A DNA stretch of 64,000 bases from Nitrospinaceae bacterium (GTDB lineage Bacteria > Nitrospinota > Nitrospinia > Nitrospinales > Nitrospinaceae). Within the stretch, counting starts at the first letter, position 1. Each line of letters begins with the position of its first letter. Location: contig OZ250172.1 of NCBI GenBank assembly GCA_965237905.1, forward strand, positions 2,912,001-2,976,000, written 5' to 3'. Shown here in pieces: positions 56,015-64,000 of the stretch. Below the pieces are notes generated by a model. The model was given only the letters and a program-made list of their open reading frames with translations, was not told the DNA's origin and ran no database searches. The translations under genes and the position numbers were made by a program.

Positions 56015-56257
56015 ATGCAAAAATCCAAACCCAAATTTTGTGTGGGACAATTGATCCATCATAAAAAGTTTGACTACCATGGGGTGGTGTTGGGTGTCGA
56101 CCCGGAGTTCAACAATAGTGAGGAATGGTATGAAATCATGGCCCAGAGCCGTCCCCCCAAAGACCAGCCCTGGTACCATGTCAAAATTCATGGGCAGGAA
56201 AATGTTCGTTACGTCGCCGAAAGGCATCTGGAACAGGACCCCTCAATTATGAATTGA
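56015..56257 (+). CDS. hspQ: Heat-shock protein HspQ / YccV-like
   Basis: KFCVGQLIHHK.FDYHGVV..VDPEF, PKDQPWYHV and YVAE. Confidence 0.88.
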   Translation: MQKSKPKFCVGQLIHHKKFDYHGVVLGVDPEFNNSEEWYEIMAQSRPPKDQPWYHVKIHGQENVRYVAERHLEQDPSIMN

Positions 56258-56293
56258 CCGGATTTGCATTCCTCCTGTTTGAACAATTAAACC

Positions 56294-56551
56294 ATGTCTC
56301 CCTCTCCAACTATTCTCCAGTGGATGACTGCTTTTGTTTTGCTGGCCCTTTTTTCCTGGGTTCTGCTGTCATTGCTTTGGGATATTGTTCCCACTCCCTG
56401 GCTCAATACAGATAAGCCTCAAAATAGGACCTGGGGAATCGTTCTATTGGTCGTGATGGGGTTGTTGAACTATTCCTTTGCCAGCGAGGTTTTGGGATGG
56501 GTCTGGATGGGGATCCGGCACCTTCTTGGGTTTGATCTGGAGGGATTGTAA
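56294..56551 (+). CDS. Small hypothetical membrane protein
   Basis: 85 aa with two hydrophobic helices, codirectional with hspQ. Confidence 0.55.
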   Translation: MSPSPTILQWMTAFVLLALFSWVLLSLLWDIVPTPWLNTDKPQNRTWGIVLLVVMGLLNYSFASEVLGWVWMGIRHLLGFDLEGL

Positions 56552-56776
56552 CCCGCGCATCCTGCGACTCGTTTTATCTTCCCGCCAAATGCTAATTTTC
56601 TATTGATTTTTAAAGAGTTATGGGCCATACTTCAGTTCCTGGCCTCGTGGTGCCGGGGGATTCTTTCACGAAATCCCTCGATGCTTCGAAAATTTGATCT
56701 AACCCATTAATGATCATTTCCAAAGTTTCCCACGCATTTTTAAAAAATTAAGCCTTCCCTGCGAGTCAAAAATTCC

Positions 56777-58792
56777 ATGAATCAGGTAAAAGTACCCGGC
56801 CCAACTAGAAATCTCAACCCGTCAATAGAACAGATTGAATGTGAAAACCAATGGTATTCGTCGGTTTTTGAATTTTTGAAATCCATCGAAATAACCCGGC
56901 AGGACAACGACATTTCATTCAATCCTTTATTTGAAAATACGCACCGTTATTTGAATCATATTCTTGATTTTCGGAATGCCGCGTTTTACCTGGCCGAAGA
57001 ACAAGAAGACGCTTTTACTCTGAAATACTGGCAACCCGTTTCCCGTGAATCCTTGTTCCGCCGCCAGATCGCCTCTTTGATCAAGAATAATGAGTTCGAT
57101 TGGCGCAGGGAGCCGGATCGCTCATATGTTTATTGCGATGACGAAACGGGTTCTTCCCTGGTTTTGCAGGCCATCGCGACTCCCAATCATTGTTTTGGTG
57201 TGTTCGCGGGGATGTATGAGGAAAACCTTCCCCCCGACAGGTCTCATGAGAAACTGAACCAGTTGTCTTCTGTTTTACAAAATCTAGCTCAGGTATTGGA
57301 GGGGGTTTTCACCCGAAGCGGGCTCTCCCAAATGAATGGCACAGCAAACCCGGCCATGCTAACACCGTTAACAAACACTCAAAACCAGGATATCGCTTTG
57401 CCCAATAAGGATACTTGTTGGCCGCAAGGGCCGGGAGTGTTTCACAAGCAACCTTTTCATGATTTTGTGACGGAACTCCCCAGCCGCGCTTTGGTGGAGG
57501 ACCGGCTGAACATGGCTTTGGCCCATGCCCGGCATAGCGAGGAGAAAGTCGCTGTTTTGATTTTGGACATCGATAATTTTAAAAGAGTGAATGATTTTAT
57601 GGGAATCCCTGCGGGGGACATGTTGCTTAAAAATCTGTCTCAGCGGATCCGGAAATGTTTAAGGGAGGAAGACACTTTGGGGCGGCAGGGTGGCGATGAA
57701 TTTATCATACTGCTTCCTGACATTCATTTGATTCAAGACGTCGAATTCCGGGTTCAAAAAATACTGGATGGAATTCGCGGCTCCTTCCAGTTTGAAGAAC
57801 AGGAAATTCACGCCAGTTGCAGTGTGGGGGTTGCTGTTTATCCCGACGATGCGGAGGGTACGGCCGGGTTGGTCCAAAAGGCAAAGGCCGCCATGTGCCA
57901 GGCCAAAGAGGAGGGTAAGGACCGGTATAAGTTTTTCAAACCCTTTATGCTTTCCAAGGGTTACCGACAGATGAGCCTGGAGAGTTCTCTTCGCAAAGCT
58001 CTGGAGCGCGAGGAATTTCAGTTGCATTTCCAGCCGAAGATGTCCATTCAAACCGGCAAGATTGAGGGTATGGAGGCTCTCCTGAGGTGGAATCACCCAG
58101 CAGGAGGGTTGATTTATCCTTCAGAGTTTGTGCCGGTTGCGGAGGAGATAGGTTTGATTCAACCGATCGGGGAGTGGGTTCTTCTCAGTGCCTGTCAGCA
58201 GATTAAAGCTTGGAAGCGGGCGGGATTTCCTCCGATCAGCATTGCGGTGAACCTTTCCGCATATCAGGTGAATCAGCCTCATTGGGTTTCTAAAGTTCAG
58301 ACTATTCTGGAACGAACGGGGGTCGATCCGAAATCTCTTGAAATGGAGATCACCGAAACCGTTTTGATGGATAATTCAGATGTGGCGTTGTCCAACTTGC
58401 GCCAATTGGATGAAATGGGAATCCGGATTTCAATCGACGATTTTGGCACCGGGTACTCATCGCTTTCTTATTTGAAACGCTTCCCCATCCATGCCCTGAA
58501 AATTGACCGATCCTTTGTTCGCGGCATCGGCAAATTGGGTAAGGGAACCGATGCGGTGATCACCAAGGCTATCGTTTCTCTGGCCCAGGCGTTGAATCTG
58601 AAAACCGTGGCGGAGGGAGTGGAGCGGGTGCAGGAGAAGGCCTATCTCGAATCGATCGGGTGTGACGATATGCAGGGAGACCTGTTCAGTAAACCCTTGC
58701 CCGTGGAGCAGATCAATTACATGTTCACACGAAAACTAAAAAACCCGGTGCGCAACTATTGGCCGCCGGAGGAAGTGCCCCAAGCGGTCTAA
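56777..58792 (+). CDS. Diguanylate cyclase/phosphodiesterase (GAF-like + GGDEF + EAL)
   Basis: DIDNFK..ND, RQGGDEF, EALLRW, EITE, DDFGTGYSS, KIDRSF and AEGVE. Confidence 0.95.
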   Translation: MNQVKVPGPTRNLNPSIEQIECENQWYSSVFEFLKSIEITRQDNDISFNPLFENTHRYLNHILDFRNAAFYLAEEQEDAFTLKYWQPVSRESLFRRQIASLIKNNEFDWRREPDRSYVYCDDETGSSLVLQAIATPNHCFGVFAGMYEENLPPDRSHEKLNQLSSVLQNLAQVLEGVFTRSGLSQMNGTANPAMLTPLTNTQNQDIALPNKDTCWPQGPGVFHKQPFHDFVTELPSRALVEDRLNMALAHARHSEEKVAVLILDIDNFKRVNDFMGIPAGDMLLKNLSQRIRKCLREEDTLGRQGGDEFIILLPDIHLIQDVEFRVQKILDGIRGSFQFEEQEIHASCSVGVAVYPDDAEGTAGLVQKAKAAMCQAKEEGKDRYKFFKPFMLSKGYRQMSLESSLRKALEREEFQLHFQPKMSIQTGKIEGMEALLRWNHPAGGLIYPSEFVPVAEEIGLIQPIGEWVLLSACQQIKAWKRAGFPPISIAVNLSAYQVNQPHWVSKVQTILERTGVDPKSLEMEITETVLMDNSDVALSNLRQLDEMGIRISIDDFGTGYSSLSYLKRFPIHALKIDRSFVRGIGKLGKGTDAVITKAIVSLAQALNLKTVAEGVERVQEKAYLESIGCDDMQGDLFSKPLPVEQINYMFTRKLKNPVRNYWPPEEVPQAV

Positions 58793-58832
58793 AAAAAAGA
58801 AGCGGCTGGGGATCCTCTCCCGCAACCGCTTC
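58791..58832 (-). terminator. Intrinsic terminator after the ferredoxin gene
   Basis: GAAGCGG...CCGCTTC stem with an A run on the plus strand (T run on minus), between convergent genes. Confidence 0.65.
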
Positions 58833-58854
58833 GAATATCCAAGGTATTACAATC

Positions 58855-59193
58855 TTACAGATCGGCGTTCTTTCGATCCGGATTTCTGAACAGAGAAGTT
58901 TCATTGGTCAGATCGTCCAACGCCGGGAAGTCCTGGTCGGGATGGATCTTCACGGCTTTGACCAGTAATTCCTCTTCGGATTCTTTTTTGTCTTCATCAG
59001 GGATACAACAGTCTACCGGGCAGACTTCCTGACAGGCTTCCTCGCCGTGGAACCCCACACATTCCGTACAGAGATCGGGATCGATGTAATAGATGTCGAC
59101 TCCACCTTTGGTGCCGTCATCGATTGCCTCATTCGGGCACTCCGGTTCACAAACACCACAGTTAATACATTCATCAGTGATAATTGTTGCCAT
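58855..59193 (-). CDS. 2x[4Fe-4S] ferredoxin (YfhL-like)
   Basis: CINCGVCEPECP and CTECVGFHGEEACQEVCP. Confidence 0.93.
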   Translation of the reverse strand: MATIITDECINCGVCEPECPNEAIDDGTKGGVDIYYIDPDLCTECVGFHGEEACQEVCPVDCCIPDEDKKESEEELLVKAVKIHPDQDFPALDDLTNETSLFRNPDRKNADL

Positions 59194-59420
59194 GAGCTCT
59201 ATCCTTTTTTGAAAGTTAATCTAAAATTTATTTCTATCTATATAAAAGTAATGAATACGCGTTTTATAATTGAGGGCGGTATGATAACAAAACGACTTTT
59301 GAAATGAAAATAAAAATCTCATTCATTCTAAAGATAAATAAACTAATCGGTTCTGGAGTTTATTTCAAGGATAAACTAACAGTGGATTGGAGCCGGATTG
59401 AGTTTCAACCTCTCAATAGT

Positions 59421-59460
59421 AAAAGGGGGATTTCCCCGAACCGGCCCCAAGGGGCCGGAA
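59421..59460 (-). terminator. Double hairpin/terminator downstream of tRNA-fMet
   Basis: CCGGCCCC-TT-GGGGCCGG, then GGGGAAATCCCC followed by a T run on the minus strand. Confidence 0.55.
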
Positions 59461-59484
59461 AGATACTTAACCTGTTGAAATATT

Positions 59485-59561
<77 letters not shown>

Positions 59562-59602
59562 TCGTTTATTCGTTAGAGCAAAAATCAATGCCAAAACACG
59601 GT

Positions 59603-59629
59603 ATTATACAGATTCTAAAGGATTGTCAA
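59603..59629 (-). promoter_or_regulatory. Probable promoter of tRNA-fMet
   Basis: Consensus TTGACA and TATAAT on the minus strand, but the spacer is only 15 nt. Confidence 0.45.
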
Positions 59630-59699
59630 GATTTAATCCGAACCCCCGGTCCCCACAGGCGGGACCAATTCTTTCCCGATTTGTTATGATGAGGACGTC

Positions 59700-61847
59700 A
59701 TGACCACCAAACGTTTGTTCATTTTACTGCCTGTGCTTTTGATCGGGATATTGATCCAGTCCTTTTTCTGGGTGCCGACCTATGACAAACAGGTTGCAGG
59801 CAATCCGAAACGGCTGATCAAATTCATCGAAAGCTCCAGCGGAGATGCCCGAATATTAAATCCTATCTTGCATGCTGACACGGCCAGCGGCGATATCGTG
59901 AGCAAAGTATTCGACGGTCTGCTCGATCTGGATGACCAATTGAATTTGCGGCCCCGCCTCGCCGAAAGCTGGACTCAGTATGAAGAAACTTACCTGACGT
60001 TAGTCCCGCATCAATCCATCGCCCGAAATCTTCCTGCGCGTCCGGAAGATTGGATCCCTTACATTCAGAACAAAATGCAAGCGTCTCCCCAGTGGAGAAG
60101 CAATATCCGGTCGATGGAAGTGATTCCCGCTCGCGATAGCGTGGGAAGCGTGCAGGTGCCGGTTTTGGATGAAAAAGGCGAGATCGTTAAAGAAAATGGC
60201 CGCCCGAAAATGCTGGCTTTGGAATACACCCTGCGCCAGCCGCCTCGCCTGAAGTTCACACTGGGAAAGGTGGACCAGTATTTCTTCAACCCTCTCATTG
60301 AGATTCTCGGTAAGGGTTATGTCGACCGCTTTCCCTATGGTCAGTTTATAGCTCCCAAGAATCCCGGCCAGCGTTCTCTGCTCGAAAACTATTATCCCGA
60401 AATTCTTAGCGTGATGGAGCACAATCCGGTCCTCGTTTTTCAGTTAAGAAAAGGCGTGCGGTTTCACGACGGACACGAGTTCGACTCTGGCGACGTCCTG
60501 TTTACCTACCGGTCCATCATGAACCTCCGTAACGCGTCGCCGCGGACATCGGATTATGAGCCTGTCAAATCGACGGAGGTGCTGGGGAAATACAAAATAA
60601 AATTTGTGTACAAGCGTCTTTTTTCTCCCGCCATCAATGCCTGGGCGATGGGTATGTTGCCGGAACATCTGTTGAATGCGGAAGCGTTGCAACGGGAAGC
60701 GCAGGACAAAAATCTAAGTGAAGAACAAATTGAAAAATTTAATATGCGCGACAGCGATTTCAACCGCAACCCCATGGGCACTGGGCCATTTGTTTTTAAG
60801 GAGTGGAAAGGCGACCAGTTGATCCGGTTGGTCCGGAACGAAGATTACTGGGAAGGTCCGCCCGAATACGTCGAATATGTCATGCGTATTATTTCTGATC
60901 CTCTAACCCAGGAAATGGAGTTTTATTCCGGTGCTGCGGACGATTACCATGTGCTTCCCCATCAGGTGGCCCGACTCAGAGCGGATCCGAAGTACCAGAA
61001 TTTTTCTGCTGTGGGATTCGCTTATGCTTATATTGGATACAACCTGCGCAAGCCTCTGTTCCAGTCGCCGGAAGTCCGCAAGGCCCTGGGTATGGCGATT
61101 GATGTCGAACAAATCATTAAATATGTTCTGTATAACGAGGGCGAGAGAGTCACCGGACCTTATCCCAAAATCACCGATTGGTATGATCACGATGTGCAAC
61201 CGATTTCCTACGATCCGGAAGGGGCTCTGCGCATTCTGAATAAATTGGGTTGGAAGAAAAACGAAGATGGTTGGCTGGAAAAAGACGGGAAGCTGTTTGA
61301 GTTTAACTTGATAACCAATTTTGGCAATCCTGTTCGCAAAAGCATTCTGTCCATCGTTCAAAATTACTGGCGCAAGATCGGAGTCAAATGCAATACGCAG
61401 GTATTTGAATGGGCGGTGTTCCTCAAGGACTTTGTCAACGCGCTCAAATTTGACGCCCTGGTTTTGGGCTGGAGTATGGGGACGGATCCCGACTTGTATC
61501 AGCTCTGGCATTCCAGTCAAGCCGGACCCAAGCAGTTGAATTTCGTCGGCTATCGAAACCCGGAGGCGGACCGCCTAATCGTGGCCATCCGCCAGGAGTA
61601 CGACAAGGCGAAGCAGATTCAATTGACACGGGAACTGCATCGCCTGATCGCCCGGGACCAACCCTACACGTTTTTATATGTGAACAAGGCCACTCGTCTT
61701 CTCGATAAAAAAATCGTTATTGTCGAACGTCAGGCGGATGGTTCCGAAAAGTACGTCAAGATTTATCCGGTCAAGGGAGGGGAGATAAAATACTATTTCA
61801 ACAAATGGAGGAAATTGAATTCCGTTCCTCAGTTCAGCCCCGGCTAA
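59700..61847 (+). CDS. ABC transporter substrate-binding protein family 5 (peptide/nickel) with large insertion
   Basis: LNPI..D.AS, LAESW, LRKGVRFHDG, PMGTGPF, N.DYW, VRKAL and PYTFLY. Confidence 0.9.
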   Translation: MTTKRLFILLPVLLIGILIQSFFWVPTYDKQVAGNPKRLIKFIESSSGDARILNPILHADTASGDIVSKVFDGLLDLDDQLNLRPRLAESWTQYEETYLTLVPHQSIARNLPARPEDWIPYIQNKMQASPQWRSNIRSMEVIPARDSVGSVQVPVLDEKGEIVKENGRPKMLALEYTLRQPPRLKFTLGKVDQYFFNPLIEILGKGYVDRFPYGQFIAPKNPGQRSLLENYYPEILSVMEHNPVLVFQLRKGVRFHDGHEFDSGDVLFTYRSIMNLRNASPRTSDYEPVKSTEVLGKYKIKFVYKRLFSPAINAWAMGMLPEHLLNAEALQREAQDKNLSEEQIEKFNMRDSDFNRNPMGTGPFVFKEWKGDQLIRLVRNEDYWEGPPEYVEYVMRIISDPLTQEMEFYSGAADDYHVLPHQVARLRADPKYQNFSAVGFAYAYIGYNLRKPLFQSPEVRKALGMAIDVEQIIKYVLYNEGERVTGPYPKITDWYDHDVQPISYDPEGALRILNKLGWKKNEDGWLEKDGKLFEFNLITNFGNPVRKSILSIVQNYWRKIGVKCNTQVFEWAVFLKDFVNALKFDALVLGWSMGTDPDLYQLWHSSQAGPKQLNFVGYRNPEADRLIVAIRQEYDKAKQIQLTRELHRLIARDQPYTFLYVNKATRLLDKKIVIVERQADGSEKYVKIYPVKGGEIKYYFNKWRKLNSVPQFSPG

Positions 61848-61866
61848 AGGCGACACGCCTGTTTTG

Positions 61867-63030
61867 TTATTTCATAACCCGCCTTCTCAAAAAGATATCC
61901 ACCGTGCCCTCGGAATTACTGGCGACGGCGATGTCGCTCATACCATCACCGTTGAAATCCCCGGTGGTCAACATCAATGGTGTTCCGCCCGTCACATAAT
62001 CGCGCACCGGAAAATGAAAACTGCCGTTGGGATTGCGCGTGATCAGTGAAAATGTACTGCTCCGGGAATTGGCGACGGCCACGTCGATTTGTTTATCGTT
62101 ATCGAAATCATTGAGAGCCAACGCAATGGGGCCGCCCCCGCCGGCAAATGCGATTTCTTTTTTGAAAGTCCCGTCTCCGTTCGCCGGCAGAAAGTACAAG
62201 TTGTCCCCCGAGCCCGAGGCGGCGACCAAATCGGCAAAGCCGTCGGCGTCCATATCTGCTTGGGCCAGTGCCAGGCATCCCAATCCTTGTGCGATTTTTG
62301 CCGAGGTGGGGAAGGTGCCATCCCCCTGCCCAAAATAAAGGCGGATGGAACTGGCGTTACTGCTGTGCACGGCGAGGGCGATATCCACATGGCCGTCCCG
62401 GTTGAAATCTCCCGTGACGCCGGAAAACGAGCGGGAGCCGGTTTCATAGGATTCCCCTTTGGTGAATCCCCCATCGCCTTTTCCCAGATAGATTTCCATT
62501 TTGCTGAACGTCAGTGTGACGGCGGCATCCGAAAAACCGTCGCCATTGAAGTCTCCCATGGTGATGGATAGAGGCACTTGGCCGGTGGGGATGGACCGCG
62601 GTTTGGAAAAGGAGTTTTTCCCTTTACCCAGCAGGACCGTCAGAGAGTTCCTTCCCCGCGAATTGGCGATGATATCCGGCCAGCCGTCCTTATTCACGTC
62701 GGTCACCACCAATGCTGAGGGCTCTAAGGGTACCGAAAGGGCCGGGCCGGATTTGAAGGAGCCATTGCCCCGACCGAACAGAATCGAAAGGCTGTGGCCT
62801 CTGGAATTGGCGGAGACCAGATCGGCTTCCCCATCAAGGTTGAGGTCCGCCGCAACCACGTAAGTGGGCCCCAGACCCACCCGGACCGAGTTGAACTTGG
62901 AAAACACGTCCGGCGGCTTGGGAGGGAGGTCACATCCCCCGAAAAGCCCGCCTGTCAGCAGAAAGGCAGACCACAGGCTGATAAAAGGGGTCACGGCAGA
63001 GCTATTTCCTCTTGATTTTGATTTATCCAT
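61867..63030 (-). CDS. FG-GAP/VCBS-repeat lipoprotein (beta-propeller)
   Basis: Seven DxNxDGxxD-like repeats with G.GDG.F; lipobox-like FGGC. Confidence 0.88.
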   Translation of the reverse strand: MDKSKSRGNSSAVTPFISLWSAFLLTGGLFGGCDLPPKPPDVFSKFNSVRVGLGPTYVVAADLNLDGEADLVSANSRGHSLSILFGRGNGSFKSGPALSVPLEPSALVVTDVNKDGWPDIIANSRGRNSLTVLLGKGKNSFSKPRSIPTGQVPLSITMGDFNGDGFSDAAVTLTFSKMEIYLGKGDGGFTKGESYETGSRSFSGVTGDFNRDGHVDIALAVHSSNASSIRLYFGQGDGTFPTSAKIAQGLGCLALAQADMDADGFADLVAASGSGDNLYFLPANGDGTFKKEIAFAGGGGPIALALNDFDNDKQIDVAVANSRSSTFSLITRNPNGSFHFPVRDYVTGGTPLMLTTGDFNGDGMSDIAVASNSEGTVDIFLRRRVMK

Positions 63031-63097
63031 GTGACAATATTGATCCCAATTTTATATTCACCCCTCGCTCCAGCCAGAACGGTTGGGGCTGTAACCC

Positions 63098-63544
63098 ATG
63101 AGGAGGCCTTCGTTGCGCAACTATCAGTCTGTCCTTATTCTCAAGCCCGATCTGGATGAAGCTCAGGTCGAGCAATCCATCGAAAAAATTACCTCGCTTA
63201 TCCAGAAATTTGGTGGTTCCATCCTCAAGCTCGATAACTGGGGTAAGAAGCGCCTCTCCTATCGCGTTAAGAAAAACAAATTCGGATATTACCTCAATAT
63301 TTATCATACCTGCGAAGAAGGCGGGGTTCCCGCTCTGGAGAAAGAATATCAGCTTTATGAGCTGATCATCAAATATTTGGTGATTCGGCTGGAGGAGCGC
63401 GACATCGAGCGGGTTATGAGTCAGGCAGCCGAGAGTCCGGAATCCTCCGAAGCCGGTGCCGAGGGCGGTTCTAAAGAAGTCACTACCCCTGAAAAATCAG
63501 AGGACGATTCCAAAAAAGACGTTGTCGCTGAAAAAGAGGATTAA
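63098..63544 (+). CDS. rpsF: 30S ribosomal protein S6
   Basis: RNYQSVLILKPDL, WGKKRLSYRVKK..GYY and an acidic tail; followed by ssb. Confidence 0.95.
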   Translation: MRRPSLRNYQSVLILKPDLDEAQVEQSIEKITSLIQKFGGSILKLDNWGKKRLSYRVKKNKFGYYLNIYHTCEEGGVPALEKEYQLYELIIKYLVIRLEERDIERVMSQAAESPESSEAGAEGGSKEVTTPEKSEDDSKKDVVAEKED

Positions 63545-63587
63545 GTTTAGAATTTTTTGTAAACCCATTTCCTGAAATGGAGGGGTT

Positions 63588-63983
63588 ATGGCCAGTTTCA
63601 ATAAAGTTTTACTTATGGGAAATCTAACCCGCGATCCTGAATTGCGATTCACTTCCAATGGTTCTGCTCTCACTAAGTTTGGATTGGCAGTGAACCGCAA
63701 ATACAAGGCGGGGGAGGAATGGAAGGAAGAGGTCTGTTTCGTCGATATCACCGTCTGGGGCAAGCAGGCTGAGAATTGCGCCGAGTATTTGAGCAAGGGG
63801 AGGCCGGTGTTTATTGAAGGCCGCCTGCAGTTCAGTTCCTGGGAAACCGACGACGGCCAGAAACGCAACAAACTGGAAGTCGTGGCCAACACCGTTCAAT
63901 TTTTAGGCCAGGCGGGCGGCGGCAAGCCGGGTATGCAACCGGATATGGAAGATGTTCCCGTCAAAGATGATATTCCTTTTTAA
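63588..63983 (+). CDS. ssb: Single-stranded DNA-binding protein
   Basis: NKVLLMGNLTRDPELRFT, EGRL and C-terminal DDIPF. Confidence 0.97.
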   Translation: MASFNKVLLMGNLTRDPELRFTSNGSALTKFGLAVNRKYKAGEEWKEEVCFVDITVWGKQAENCAEYLSKGRPVFIEGRLQFSSWETDDGQKRNKLEVVANTVQFLGQAGGGKPGMQPDMEDVPVKDDIPF

Positions 63984-64000
63984 TCATGATTTAATGTTTT

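Noticed and set aside
56640..56656. Possible sigma54 promoter TGGCCTCGTGGTGC before the GGDEF-EAL gene
   Set aside because: GG-to-GC spacing is 9 nt, not the required 10.
61867..63030. Periodic sequence that might suggest a repeat array
   Set aside because: Protein-level FG-GAP repeats. No identical DNA repeats with spacers, and no cas genes in the window.

Overview
Bacterial chromosomal window of moderate GC, mostly housekeeping genes. Gene content and protein style suggest a Nitrospinota/deltaproteobacteria-like organism; this is an impression, not a database result. From left to right it contains: (1) the edge of an AT-richer islet integrated at tRNA-Pro(GGG), with a duplicated, hairpin-interrupted tRNA 3' end; (2) a cupin and a B12-binding radical SAM gene; (3) an unannotated 55-aa lipoprotein; (4) an RND pump pair and a J-domain protein; (5) tmk-ubiX-iscS-thiI, folK, dapL and a lipoprotein cytochrome c; (6) a btuF-btuD-btuC-cobQ-btuB-tonB corrinoid operon with two cobalamin riboswitches; (7) a tRNA nucleotidyltransferase that looks CC-adding only; (8) a ~14 kb surface-polysaccharide cluster; (9) a FlhG/MinD ATPase with a disordered membrane-anchored partner; (10) S2P-trpS-DUF559(+inverted palindrome pair)-ileS-lspA-lspA-lgt-symporter; (11) a lemA operon with two EF-hand-bearing GIDE/BAM paralogues, one apparently frameshifted; (12) HDOD, hspQ, GGDEF-EAL, ferredoxin, tRNA-fMet, an ABC substrate-binding protein, an FG-GAP lipoprotein, rpsF and ssb. 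No CRISPR array, rRNA, transposase or integrase was seen. The best leads for poorly described biology are the LemA/EF-hand-GIDE module, the DUF559-palindrome element and the tRNA-Pro mini-cassette.
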